Below are positions 1 through 9,714 of a stretch of 64,000 nucleotides of DNA, in pieces. The position numbers and the translations under genes were made by a program. The number at the start of each line of letters is the position of its first letter. Within the stretch, counting starts at the first letter, position 1. This stretch comes from an uncultured Gammaproteobacteria bacterium. GTDB taxonomy: Bacteria; Patescibacteriota; Microgenomatia; Levybacterales; UBA12049. The DNA lies in NCBI GenBank assembly GCA_964416505.1, contig CAYQEJ010000004.1, positions 59,331 to 123,330 on the forward strand. The letters run 5' to 3'. The notes beneath the pieces were generated by a model, which was not told where the DNA came from, searched no databases, and worked only from the letters and a program-made list of their open reading frames with translations.

Positions 1-40
1 AGTAGTAGACGTTCTATATGGAGATCTTATTACAAGAAGC

Positions 41-1705
41 TTGATGATTCCTAGAAGCAGAGAGCGATCATCTCAATTAATTGATGCTTCCATAGACTCC
101 CGAGATAGAGCAAAAGAAAAAATTGAAACCATAAACCGAGAAAGACAGGCAAAAGGACTTAGGACATTTTCGTTAACTAGTGACATAGATTATTCTCAAA
201 CAGGATTTCATTTCCATAATAAAGGTCCTGTAGACGGCTACAATCTCCATTTCCACATGGCAGAAAGACCAGATTCTCCAAGATTAAGAGCTTATATCAC
301 ACTCTCTCTTGATGACATTGATCAGGTAGCAGATCATTTCATTGACCTCTCAAATACTCTTTATAATGCAGGTGTAAATTTTTCAGGAAAAGTTGATTCT
401 CCCGCCGGAGCAGCTGAAAGAACAGAAAATATGGTCTTTTACATAAATGACGCTGATCAACCTAAAGCTGCTGAGATAATAAGAAATTTCTTAAGTACAA
501 ATAGGATCGGCGAAGGTCATGTGCTAGCTGCGATCCCAAGCAAGCAAGAAGGATTATCGTGGGCATTTGAACCTGGTCAAGCAGAAGTCAAACTATATCA
601 AGAAATTACTGGGTCCATAAAAAATGCAGCAAGCTTTAACCAGTTTGCATCTGCAATGACAATTCCAACATATTTAACCCGATTAGCAAATGCACATGCT
701 ACGAATGGAAATACCTTAGAGGCTGAGACATTTAGAAAAGAAGCGGAAAGAGTAAGAACTCTAATTCGTTCTTATGAATCTTCACTTCCTAAACCACCTA
801 CGCCAAAAGGTGGAATAACTGGTAGAGTTTCGCAGGCAGGAGAAAGACTACAATCAACACTAAGAAGATCTGAGGGATCTAAACCTGAAAGATTTGATTA
901 TAAAAAGGCGTATGTTGAAAGATTTACAAGAGATGGAGAAAAAACTTCGGAAGACGGAGCAGATAACTATGTTTATCCACCTGATATAAGACAAGGATGG
1001 CAACTCCACTTAAATCTGGTCGCAAAATCCAGCAATCTCCTCCCTGAAATTTATAGCTTCCTTAAAGAAAATGGATTATTTGGAGAATTTAGATATAGTG
1101 AAAATCCCGATGATCAAGGAATTTTCAGTATATATGTGGGAAATAGAAACGACAGTCTTAAATTCGCAAGATTAATTCAGGAAAAGTTTGGTGACAGACT
1201 GGCGCCACCTACCCAAACTATGAAATTAAAAGACACTCCTCTGCTCGGAAGAGATGTGTCAATAGGAGCTTCCTTTGACTTAACAGAAGGACAAAAAGTA
1301 GACGGATTACCCAAAGTAGATGAAATGTTTAAGCGAGGCTCAGGAGGATTAATTTACCTGGAACAAGATGCACCAAGATCTTCATATGCTTCAGTCCGCC
1401 CTGAAGACATTGATCAGATTGTCGCAAACGCAGATGCGCAGTTTAGAAAAGTTTTCGGCGCATTCTACACTGGCTCAGGAGAAAATGAGTTTAATCCAAT
1501 AAATAGATTTGAAGAATCGGTTACGTCAACAAGAACTACAATACCCCCGCAAAGAACTCCCATTGCACCACCGCTTCCAATTATTTCACCGACTCCAGCT
1601 CCAAAAACTGCCTCAGCTCCTGTATTCACTAATAGACCGCATCTACCACCTGTATCTCCTATACCTAAAGGGTCTACCACTGCAACGCAGCCAAACTCTA
1701 CCTAA
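41..1705 (+). CDS. Hypothetical protein with an internally duplicated domain and a Pro/Thr/Ser-rich C-terminal tail. The reading frame stays open back to the window start, so it may be 5'-truncated.
   Basis: Long ORF. Two similar segments occur: HFHMAERPD...DDIDQVADHF near the N-terminus and LHLNL...EDIDQIVANADAQF near the C-terminus. The C-terminus is proline-rich (PPLPIISPTPAPK). GC content is higher than neighbouring genes. No family recognised. Confidence 0.5.
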   Translation: MMIPRSRERSSQLIDASIDSRDRAKEKIETINRERQAKGLRTFSLTSDIDYSQTGFHFHNKGPVDGYNLHFHMAERPDSPRLRAYITLSLDDIDQVADHFIDLSNTLYNAGVNFSGKVDSPAGAAERTENMVFYINDADQPKAAEIIRNFLSTNRIGEGHVLAAIPSKQEGLSWAFEPGQAEVKLYQEITGSIKNAASFNQFASAMTIPTYLTRLANAHATNGNTLEAETFRKEAERVRTLIRSYESSLPKPPTPKGGITGRVSQAGERLQSTLRRSEGSKPERFDYKKAYVERFTRDGEKTSEDGADNYVYPPDIRQGWQLHLNLVAKSSNLLPEIYSFLKENGLFGEFRYSENPDDQGIFSIYVGNRNDSLKFARLIQEKFGDRLAPPTQTMKLKDTPLLGRDVSIGASFDLTEGQKVDGLPKVDEMFKRGSGGLIYLEQDAPRSSYASVRPEDIDQIVANADAQFRKVFGAFYTGSGENEFNPINRFEESVTSTRTTIPPQRTPIAPPLPIISPTPAPKTASAPVFTNRPHLPPVSPIPKGSTTATQPNST

Positions 1706-1801
1706 AATTCCATAGCAGAAACCCAGAGAAGCGTAATCTAAACCTTCTTGAAATATTAAGATAGAAGCTGAGTAATGCTTAGGAATTAGATTTTCAAAAG
1801 C

Positions 1802-2473
1802 TTAACGCTTTTTTAAAGAGAACTTGGCTAGAAGAATTATTCCCAGATCAATTCCAATAGGAAATAACAAAACCCAAATACCCTTTTTCATAATTTCTAT
1901 AAAAGATTCAGAATTAAAATATTCTATTAGCACTTCTGGGGGTCTTATTCCTAAAAAGTAAGCTGCAATTATTACAAATACAATTACAATAAAAAGAAAA
2001 AGTGAACCTTCTAAATCTTTCTTGCTGGAAAACATCGTGTTTCCTATCTGAAATACCATAAAGAAAACTAATAAATAATTCCAGGGAATACTTAAAGGAG
2101 ATTTTTCAGATAGAAAATAAAAAACGAAAAAAGAAATGAGCATAATTCCGACCAAAACAGGAGCAAAACCGATTATAGCTCTTCTGAATGGATCTGTTTC
2201 TTCAATCCCTACGCTTCCCATTACTATCTTGTCTTCTGATGGCTCTGGAGAAAAGCTAAGACCTCCAGTACGAACCAGCATAGCTTCCGCAACCAAAAGA
2301 TGTGCAAGCTCATGAATTACTACACCTGGTAAAAGAAATAAATGAAAAAGCCTTATTGCAAGAGATTCATTCTTAGCTAATTTCATAAAAACATATGAAA
2401 TCAACCTGGTAAGAATTCTAGAAAGAAAGAAAAGCGTGATGAATTCTAGAATAAATATTAATAAATAGATCAC
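1802..2473 (-). CDS. Polytopic membrane protein with an HExxH motif, a putative intramembrane zinc metallopeptidase (M50-like).
   Basis: HELAHLLVAEA sits inside a hydrophobic segment. Multiple TM helices are predicted. Confidence 0.4.
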   Translation of the reverse strand: MIYLLIFILEFITLFFLSRILTRLISYVFMKLAKNESLAIRLFHLFLLPGVVIHELAHLLVAEAMLVRTGGLSFSPEPSEDKIVMGSVGIEETDPFRRAIIGFAPVLVGIMLISFFVFYFLSEKSPLSIPWNYLLVFFMVFQIGNTMFSSKKDLEGSLFLFIVIVFVIIAAYFLGIRPPEVLIEYFNSESFIEIMKKGIWVLLFPIGIDLGIILLAKFSLKKR

Positions 2474-2478
2474 TCAGC

Positions 2479-3660
2479 TTATTTTAACCTATTTATATTT
2501 TCTTCGCTCGGAATAACAAATAAAATATATAAAGCAAACGGAATAACAAATAAAATTATTTTTGGATGATATTCAAAAATTGGAATAATTAATAAATTTA
2601 AAAATGATATTAGGTAAATTATCTCTTCTTTTTTATTTTCCTTTGCAAAAATAAATAAACTAAGAACGAAACCAAAAAAAGCTGGCAAAGAATATCTAAA
2701 TACAGAAACAATTATGTGGTAATGGTAATCTGAAGGTAGAAATAAAAAAATTACAAAACAGATTGTTCCAATAAATAAATATTTAATTGACTTTGTTTTA
2801 CTTCTTTTCAAAAGATATCTGAACCAAATATAAAGTCCTGTAAAAAAACTAAGTATCCAAAATCCATATTCACCAAAGCCTGCGTTAAGAAAATCTATAA
2901 CTCCGGGTAAAGATTTAAATGAAACTTCCCAAACCTGATTACTCAAGCCATATTCTCCATAAAAAAATAAAAAAGGTTGAGGATAAAATGGATTTCCAGT
3001 AACTATATAATTTCTTGCATACCAAAATAAACCTAAAAATGAAAAAGGAATCATAAACAAAAATATTTTCTGAATACTATTTTTTGCAAATTCTTTGTTT
3101 ACATTTAGAAAAAATAATATTAAAAAATAAATCGGCCCAGTCAATTTAGATCCAATCAACATTCCACTTGAAACACCTAATAATAAAATGCTCTTAAACG
3201 ATAAAACGGATTTTTCCAATAAATATAAAGTCAGAATAAAAAAACCTAACAGCCATATATCTATAATTTGCATATTTATCCATCGAAACATAATCGGGGA
3301 AGATGAAACTGACACAGCAAATACACTTGCGTAACTGGAAGAAAATTTTAAATTTTTTGCCAAAATAAAACTTACTAAAAATACAAACAAAACTCCAAAA
3401 AAATTAAAAAGTTGAATTGGAATTTTCATAAAGATTAGCAAAGCAAGAATACCTTCAGAGGATCCAGGAAAAAACTTTAAATATTTTGCAGCTTCAAAAG
3501 TATTTGGATTTAAAAATGATCCATTAAGGAAAGATTTCGCAATTGGTATGTGATAGTTGAGACTATCCCCATCTGGCGTAGGATATGAAAACGCAAAAAA
3601 GAAAAAATATATTAGAAGATATATAAAACTAATTAGAACTAACTTAGAAAATAAATTCAT
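2479..3660 (-). CDS. Polytopic membrane protein, putative GT-C fold glycosyltransferase (PMT_2/ArnT-like).
   Basis: About 11 hydrophobic helices. The first extracytoplasmic loop carries PDGDSLNY...AKSFLNGSF, which resembles the D/E loop motif of GT-C enzymes. Confidence 0.35.
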   Translation of the reverse strand: MNLFSKLVLISFIYLLIYFFFFAFSYPTPDGDSLNYHIPIAKSFLNGSFLNPNTFEAAKYLKFFPGSSEGILALLIFMKIPIQLFNFFGVLFVFLVSFILAKNLKFSSSYASVFAVSVSSSPIMFRWINMQIIDIWLLGFFILTLYLLEKSVLSFKSILLLGVSSGMLIGSKLTGPIYFLILFFLNVNKEFAKNSIQKIFLFMIPFSFLGLFWYARNYIVTGNPFYPQPFLFFYGEYGLSNQVWEVSFKSLPGVIDFLNAGFGEYGFWILSFFTGLYIWFRYLLKRSKTKSIKYLFIGTICFVIFLFLPSDYHYHIIVSVFRYSLPAFFGFVLSLFIFAKENKKEEIIYLISFLNLLIIPIFEYHPKIILFVIPFALYILFVIPSEENINRLK

Positions 3661-3712
3661 TTCTAAAAATGGATTATACCAAATACTAATTTATGTAGAG
3701 TATAATACTTTA

Positions 3713-5161
3713 AAAATGAAGAAGCTTGGATTCACTCTATCATTCCTAATATTCTCAGCACTGTTTTTATTCGTTATTTTTTATCATACTCATGGAATTG
3801 TTCCATATGACGAAGGATGGTTTTTGCAGGCAGGAAAAAGATTACTAAATGGAGAAAAAATTTATAAAGATTTTGAATTTCTTTATAATCCAGGTGGAGC
3901 TTATTTAAATAAAATTGCTTTTAAGCTTTTAGGGGAATCTGTATTATCTTCAAGAATTATTGCTATTCTAAATACAACAGTATCTGTAATTTTCCTATTT
4001 AAAATATTTAGAAAAATAGAATTAAATGGAATTATTTCTTTGATTTTACTTTTTTCATTTGTTTTTTGGGGGGCAGGCCACATAAATTTTATTTGGCCTG
4101 TAATGATATGCTTAACCTTCGCAATAATATCGATATATTTATTCATAAGTTATTCTAATAAAGAAAGTTATTTTTTACTGGGAGTTCTTACATTTTTTAC
4201 TTTTTTCTTCAAACAAAACTTTGGCCTAGCCATATTTATAGCAAATATTATTTCAATACTTTTACTAAATAAAGAAAAATTTAAAAAAATTAAATTTTAT
4301 ATTTTAGGAATTATTTTTTTATTAATAGTACAAATAATTTACTTTTTAAACCTAGGAATACTTTCAGATTACTTAAAAGATATTTATTTTTATACATACG
4401 TTAAAATTTTTAAAGAAGGTGTTTTAAATTCAGACCTCCCATGGAATTACCCGGCACCCATATTTATTCAATTTTTTAAATTAGTTTTGTACTCATCGCC
4501 AATACTTATTTCATTATTTTCCATTTATTTAGTTGGGAATAAAAAAAATTTACTTTATATACCAATTATAATTATTTGTTTTTCGCTTCTAAGTATTAGG
4601 CCTACTACAGATTTTATTCATTTGACTCCTTTAATTTCACTTTCATTAATCTCGCTTGGTTTAATTTACATTCAAATAAAAAATTTATTTACAAAATTAA
4701 TAATCCTTATATTCTTTGTTTTTGTTTTTAGTTTTGGATTATATTCATCTTTCTATAGAAATTATTACAGATGGAATCCTCCTTTGGTGGGAAATAAATT
4801 CTATATTGAAAACAAACATGTAAAAATCTGGGCAGATAAAAAGGAATTTGAAAATATAAGTTTTTTAGAAAACCAACTTAAATCCTACCATGACGAAGAA
4901 GTATTTATTTATAATTTCGCCCCAATTTACTACTTAACTCTTGATAAGAATAATGCTACAAGATTTGATTATCTTCATAGTGGAATGATTTCCGAAAGTA
5001 ATGAGAATGAGATAATAATGGATTTAAATAAAAAGAAAACACGAATTATTATTTCCAATATTAATGTTTTTATTACTAGAACTAAAGTTGCTAGATATAT
5101 ACTAAGCAAATACAAACCAATAAAATCTGCAAATGAAATAACAGTTTGGAAATTGGATTAA
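3713..5161 (+). CDS. GT-C fold glycosyltransferase (ArnT/PMT family 39/83-like) integral membrane protein. The start is taken at MKKLGF rather than the track's upstream M.
   Basis: The N-terminal TM is followed by a loop YDEGWFLQAGKRLLNGEKIY, the DE motif typical of ArnT/PMT. Many TM helices follow. The upstream start in the track would overlap the convergent gene. Confidence 0.5.
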   Translation, partial: KMKKLGFTLSFLIFSALFLFVIFYHTHGIVPYDEGWFLQAGKRLLNGEKIYKDFEFLYNPGGAYLNKIAFKLLGESVLSSRIIAILNTTVSVIFLFKIFRKIELNGIISLILLFSFVFWGAGHINFIWPVMICLTFAIISIYLFISYSNKESYFLLGVLTFFTFFFKQNFGLAIFIANIISILLLNKEKFKKIKFYILGIIFLLIVQIIYFLNLGILSDYLKDIYFYTYVKIFKEGVLNSDLPWNYPAPIFIQFFKLVLYSSPILISLFSIYLVGNKKNLLYIPIIIICFSLLSIRPTTDFIHLTPLISLSLISLGLIYIQIKNLFTKLIILIFFVFVFSFGLYSSFYRNYYRWNPPLVGNKFYIENKHVKIWADKKEFENISFLENQLKSYHDEEVFIYNFAPIYYLTLDKNNATRFDYLHSGMISESNENEIIMDLNKKKTRIIISNINVFITRTKVARYILSKYKPIKSANEITVWKLD

Positions 5162-6147
5162 TTTTTCCAATTTTGTGGAAGAAGAGGACTACTTAACTCA
5201 ACTTCTTGAAATTTAGGTTTTTGATGCCCCTTCTTCTTTGCCCATCCCCATGTCTTTATTAATCCCTTTTCCAAATCAGTTCTATCTTTATACGCCAAAT
5301 ACTTTTTACTTAATCTATGATCACTTATTGCCTCTTTTACTTCCTGCGGCCTTTCTGGAAGATGAATGGGATTAATTTTGGAATTAGATATTTTAGATAT
5401 TAAATTTGCTAATTCATTTACAGTGTAGACATTGTCTGAACCTATATTAAACGTCATTCCATTTACTTTATTTCCCAGACATTTCACCAAGGCATCAACT
5501 ACATCATCTATATATGAGAAACATCTTTTTTGATTTCCTTTTCCATAAATATAATAAGGTTTATTTGCAAGAATAGAATTCATAAAAATTGTCACTACGT
5601 TTCTATATGGATCCTTCATGTTCTGTCTGGGACCATAAACATTGTGAGGTCTTGCTACAACAAAATCAAAATTGTGAATTTTACTTAAAATTTTTAATGC
5701 ATCTTCAAATGCTAGTTTTGAAATTCCATATAAATCTTCCGGCTTAGGCGTATCTTTTTCTTTAAAAGGTATTTGAAGACTACCATAAACAGCTATGCTT
5801 GAAGTAAAAATGAATTTTTTCATTCCACTTCTTATTCCAGCTGTTAATACTTTAATGCTGCCGTCAAAATTTCTAGAAGTTATGTCTACAGGTGAAAATT
5901 GAGCTTTATTTTCTGCGGCATTTGCAGCAAGATGATATATAACATCTGGTTTATATTCTGAAAGAATTTTATCTATTTTTTTAAAATTTCTTATATCTAC
6001 TTTTACTAACTTAGCTTTTTTATTGCAATTTTCTAAACTTCCTCCAGAAAAATCATCTAAAATTAAAACCTTATGTCCTTTAACAATCAATTTATCAACT
6101 AAATGACTTCCTATAAATCCTGCTCCACCTGTAACTACTATCTTCAT
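5158..6147 (-). CDS. NAD-dependent sugar-nucleotide epimerase/dehydratase (short-chain dehydrogenase/reductase (SDR) family).
   Basis: The N-terminus has MKIVVTGGAGFIGSHLVDKL (a Rossmann GxxGxxG motif). A YxxxK motif is present. The length of 329 aa fits. Confidence 0.8.
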   Translation of the reverse strand: MKIVVTGGAGFIGSHLVDKLIVKGHKVLILDDFSGGSLENCNKKAKLVKVDIRNFKKIDKILSEYKPDVIYHLAANAAENKAQFSPVDITSRNFDGSIKVLTAGIRSGMKKFIFTSSIAVYGSLQIPFKEKDTPKPEDLYGISKLAFEDALKILSKIHNFDFVVARPHNVYGPRQNMKDPYRNVVTIFMNSILANKPYYIYGKGNQKRCFSYIDDVVDALVKCLGNKVNGMTFNIGSDNVYTVNELANLISKISNSKINPIHLPERPQEVKEAISDHRLSKKYLAYKDRTDLEKGLIKTWGWAKKKGHQKPKFQEVELSSPLLPQNWKN

Positions 6148-6860
6148 ATCTTAAACCTATACCTTATTATCGTTTCAAACATTTTAAGTCCTACTAATAT
6201 AGACTTTTTCAATGATCCTGTGATTTTTGATTGACCTACTCTTTCATTATAATGAACAGGAACTTCTATGATTGAATTATTATTTAATAGAGCGAGAACA
6301 ATAAATTCTGAAAGAAAATAAGATCCTCCTACCTTAAACTTCGGAATTATATTTTCAATTGATGATCTTCTCATTACCCTAAAAGTACAACCACAATCCG
6401 TAAGAGATATAAAAGGATTATAAAGAAATTGAATTATTCTTGCTAAAACAATGTTTCCTATCCTTAAAAATCCATGCATATTAGCATTTTTTTCTATAAA
6501 TTTAGAGTTCGTCCTAGTTCCTAGAACAATTTCATATTTATCGATATATCGAAGCAGTTTTAATAAATCATTTGCTGAAAATGTTGCATCTGGTTCGCAA
6601 AAAGCTATTAAATCCCCTTTTACTTCTTTTAATCCTCTTCTAAGTGCATTTCCATATCCTTGTTTTTTTTCAAGAATTACTTTTGCTTTTTTTAATTTTG
6701 CAATTTCTGAGGTTCTATCTTTTGAATTATTATCAATAACCAAAATCTCATCAATTATTTTTAGTTTCTTAAAATCTGATATTGCTTTACCAATATTTTT
6801 CTCTTCATTATAAGCTGGAAAAATTAAAGAAATCTTTTTACCTTTGTACATTTTTACCAA
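6144..6860 (-). CDS. GT2 family glycosyltransferase, polyprenol-phosphate sugar transferase-like (DPM1/ArnC-like).
   Basis: Contains ISLIFPAYNEEKNI and VIDNNSKDRTSEIA, the DxD-type GT2 signatures. The gene overlaps the epimerase by 4 nt, which indicates an operon. Confidence 0.75.
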   Translation of the reverse strand: MVKMYKGKKISLIFPAYNEEKNIGKAISDFKKLKIIDEILVIDNNSKDRTSEIAKLKKAKVILEKKQGYGNALRRGLKEVKGDLIAFCEPDATFSANDLLKLLRYIDKYEIVLGTRTNSKFIEKNANMHGFLRIGNIVLARIIQFLYNPFISLTDCGCTFRVMRRSSIENIIPKFKVGGSYFLSEFIVLALLNNNSIIEVPVHYNERVGQSKITGSLKKSILVGLKMFETIIRYRFKI

Positions 6861-8293
6861 ATAGTTACTATTACAGACTGAAAGATAAACACTTGAACAA
6901 TCTGCAGCAAAAGGAGCAGAAAAAATTGCTGATTACGCAATTTTAATTTATTGGTACTGAAATTTGCAACAGTAATTATTAAAAAAGGAACAAATGGTAA
7001 CCAAATTCTGGCTGTCTCTGCTCTCACGCTCCCGGAAAAATTTACTGCTAACAAAATTATCAAGAATGAGACTCCAATAGCGTCAATTTTTGAAAAATTA
7101 AATTTACTTTTAATTAACAATCTTACATCACTAAACGCACCTAATAGAAATAAAACAGATAATGGGATTCCAGCAAAAAGGAAAAAATCATATAGATCAT
7201 AGAAGAGCCATATTAGATATCCTCTTGTAGACTGAGCAGATTCATGTAGAAACATTATTTTTCTTACCATTTCTATAAAATCTAATCCTAATATAAAGAG
7301 AATAAAAATTGGAAATAAAATTCCTAGTAGAAAATATAATCCAAATCTAAAATGTATAAAAAAATTCTTTTTCTTTAAAAATTCCAGCAAAAATAAAATT
7401 AAAAAGAATAACAAGATCGGAAGGAAAGTTAATGTAAAAAAAGCTCCAATGAATAATACAAATCCAGAAATCACAAAATTAAATTTATTCATTAACTTGT
7501 ATCCTCTTAGAAAGTAATAAAGAGAAATACTAGTAAATAGAGGCATAAAGATATCTATAAGAGGAGAAAACATCAATACGCTCGGTATGAATAATGAAAT
7601 AAATAATGCATTTTTTGCTGCTTTTTTTCCATAGGCAATTTTAGCTGATCCAAAAATAAAGATACTATACAAAGATGCAATAAATGAAATAATTATTCCT
7701 GAAAATATTCCATTTGTCTTTTGAACGATGTCTAGCTGATTCCATACTAATGAAATATTTTGCTCTGAAGGCTGCATGCTTAAAACAAATTTTAAAAGCG
7801 GTTCAAAAGGCCTAAGAAATAAATCAAGCAAATAATAAAGTATTATTCCCCCAGGAGGGTGAAATCGTGCATACATGGGAAATCTTTCAATATTTGTTAT
7901 AAATTCCCTAATAAACTCATTCAAATTAACAATATTTAATGATGCAGTAAAATACCCACTAACTAATGGATTTATCGTTCTACCCAGCAATACCTCAATT
8001 CCTGCTCTGTTAAAAAACAAAAAAGTTATTTGAATAAAAAATCCTATTAAAGTTAAAAATAAAAGCTTAGTTAAAGTTATTTCTTTAAATCTAACAAAAC
8101 AAATTAAAGTAATTAAGGATACCAAAAAGGGTGCCCAAAATTTTAAAAAATTAAAACTCGGCAGATATGTCCATCTCCAATCAGGAGAATATGGTGCTGG
8201 ACCAAATAAAAAAGGACTGAAATTAATTGAAATAAGAACCAGCAGAAAAATGGTAAAAAGAAAAACAAAATACAAGGACTTTGATTTATTCAC
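6854..8293 (-). CDS. Polytopic membrane protein immediately downstream of the major pilin gene. It may be an O-antigen-ligase-like (Wzy_C/TfpO-like) or GT-C oligosaccharyltransferase.
   Basis: 479 aa with about 12 hydrophobic helices. Its position mirrors pilA-tfpO arrangements. No catalytic motif could be verified by eye. Confidence 0.3.
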   Translation of the reverse strand: MNKSKSLYFVFLFTIFLLVLISINFSPFLFGPAPYSPDWRWTYLPSFNFLKFWAPFLVSLITLICFVRFKEITLTKLLFLTLIGFFIQITFLFFNRAGIEVLLGRTINPLVSGYFTASLNIVNLNEFIREFITNIERFPMYARFHPPGGIILYYLLDLFLRPFEPLLKFVLSMQPSEQNISLVWNQLDIVQKTNGIFSGIIISFIASLYSIFIFGSAKIAYGKKAAKNALFISLFIPSVLMFSPLIDIFMPLFTSISLYYFLRGYKLMNKFNFVISGFVLFIGAFFTLTFLPILLFFLILFLLEFLKKKNFFIHFRFGLYFLLGILFPIFILFILGLDFIEMVRKIMFLHESAQSTRGYLIWLFYDLYDFFLFAGIPLSVLFLLGAFSDVRLLIKSKFNFSKIDAIGVSFLIILLAVNFSGSVRAETARIWLPFVPFLIITVANFSTNKLKLRNQQFFLLLLLQIVQVFIFQSVIVTIW

Positions 8294-8353
8294 AGATAAC
8301 TTATAATACCAAAAAACTAAAGAAAATTTGAATATTAGTTAGTATACCGGAGA

Positions 8354-8815
8354 TTAGCGGGAGTTTGTGATTGTTTCTCCATTTTCAGGAGTCATTGCTG
8401 CAACTGTTACTCTATTATTTGCATCTTTTACTACGCTATATCCTGTTGTATATGTAGTACAGCTTGTTACTTCAGCACCATTGTTTACTTGAGGATCAAC
8501 TGGTAGAGCTGGGATGTATGTTGTTAATAGGTCAGTGCAAATATCAGCTTTTCCTGCACCACTACCAATTTCCTGTACTGTAGTAGTTATTCCTGCTGGA
8601 AGTACACCTTTGTGATCTGCTGAATATGCACCAATTGCATTAAGGATCTGAGTTACGTCACTTTTTCTCTTTGTGTTGTTTGCTTGTCCGAATTGTCTTG
8701 CTGGATTAATTGCGATTAAAACAATTGAGAGGAGGATTGCTAAAATTCCGATTACGACTAAAAGTTCTATTAATGTGAATCCTGAATTTTTCTTGAAAAC
8801 TTTTGGGCAGTTCAT
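8354..8815 (-). CDS. pilA: Major type IV pilin (PilA-like).
   Basis: Class III signal peptide ...KNSG|FTLIELLVVIGILAIL with Glu at +5. Two Cys lie in the C-terminal D-region. The length is 153 aa. Confidence 0.85.
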   Translation of the reverse strand: MNCPKVFKKNSGFTLIELLVVIGILAILLSIVLIAINPARQFGQANNTKRKSDVTQILNAIGAYSADHKGVLPAGITTTVQEIGSGAGKADICTDLLTTYIPALPVDPQVNNGAEVTSCTTYTTGYSVVKDANNRVTVAAMTPENGETITNSR

Positions 8816-8847
8816 AGTTATATATCTAGACTAAATAAAATTTAATT

Positions 8848-8861
8848 GCTTGTCAAGGGGG
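8848..8861 (-). promoter_or_regulatory. Promoter-like motif upstream of the major pilin gene. The minus strand reads CCCCCTTGACAAGC, which contains a -35 TTGACA.
   Basis: It shares GCTTGTCAAGrGGG with the hup upstream region and is followed by an AT-rich spacer about 35 nt before the pilA ATG. Confidence 0.35.
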
Positions 8862-8874
8862 TAATTTTTCAGCT

Positions 8875-9714
8875 TTAATTAGCTTCAGAATTATTTTCCC
8901 CAGTTCCACTATTTGATGAAAAATTTGACGAAAAATCTGGAGAAATTGCTGGTGAATTTGATGGCGCTATTACAGAAGGAACAGGAGCCGCTGGGTTATT
9001 AACCGGTAAAGCACTAGTTGGTTTTGGTGCCGAAAAAATATATTTATATAAAACAAATACCAGAATTAAAATAAGAAAAACAAAAACACCTGTTAACATA
9101 TAAAGCCTTTTGTTATCTTTTTTATTTTTCTCATTTGATTGCGCAAGCTGAGCCTGATCCGTGAGTAAGCTATAGGCTCTAAGATCTGGAACCTTATCTA
9201 AGATCAAACCAAGATCAAGATTGTTTTGTAAATTTGGCATAACTTCCATACAAGCTGAAAGAGGAATCACTGAGCTTACAACGAATCCAGAATCGACAAA
9301 CGCATTCCTAACAGCATCACATAGCTCCCTATTCGCAGCGGTAATCTTTGTCTTCTTAGTAAATTTCGATTTCTTGCTCAAGTAATCTTGAAATGGAACC
9401 AATTCTAAAAAATCTTGAACATTTTGATCTATCTGAACAGTACCATCAGTAAAATCTTTATCGAAAGTTACTGTTGTGGAAAGAAGAATTACAATATTCT
9501 CAGGAATTATTTTATAATTTGACACCAATGATTGAATCGCTGTCTCTATCTTTTTTTTGCTTATAACTTCAAGATCGCTAATCATATCCGGAGGAAAATC
9601 CACACCTACCGGAGAAGACAATCCGTGGTCATAAAAAAATCCTCTATTATTTTCTAGATAAAATATTCCTGTGGGTCTTTTTGGTAATTCTTTTTTTAAT
9701 TTATCTCTTTCCAT
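8875..9714 (-). CDS. Bitopic membrane protein within the pilus operon, with a cytoplasmic N-domain, one TM and a Pro/Ser-rich tail. It may play a PilM/PilN-like assembly role.
   Basis: A single TM helix (LYMLTGVFVFLILILVFVLY) follows a roughly 195-aa soluble domain. The C-terminal PxxP/S-rich region follows the TM. The gene sits between the minor and major pilin genes. Confidence 0.25.
   Translation of the reverse strand: MERDKLKKELPKRPTGIFYLENNRGFFYDHGLSSPVGVDFPPDMISDLEVISKKKIETAIQSLVSNYKIIPENIVILLSTTVTFDKDFTDGTVQIDQNVQDFLELVPFQDYLSKKSKFTKKTKITAANRELCDAVRNAFVDSGFVVSSVIPLSACMEVMPNLQNNLDLGLILDKVPDLRAYSLLTDQAQLAQSNEKNKKDNKRLYMLTGVFVFLILILVFVLYKYIFSAPKPTSALPVNNPAAPVPSVIAPSNSPAISPDFSSNFSSNSGTGENNSEAN

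Noticed and set aside
3557-3712. The track's upstream start for the 534-aa GT-C gene, overlapping the convergent 393-aa gene by about 100 nt.
   Set aside because: The region encodes a basic low-complexity peptide. A start at MKKLGF (3713), which begins a TM helix followed by the YDEGWF loop, avoids the overlap and fits family N-termini better.
8875-9714. Calling the 279-aa operon member PilM or PilN outright.
   Set aside because: The cytoplasmic domain is too short for actin-like PilM and the topology is inverted relative to PilN. It is kept only as an unassigned bitopic pilus-associated protein.
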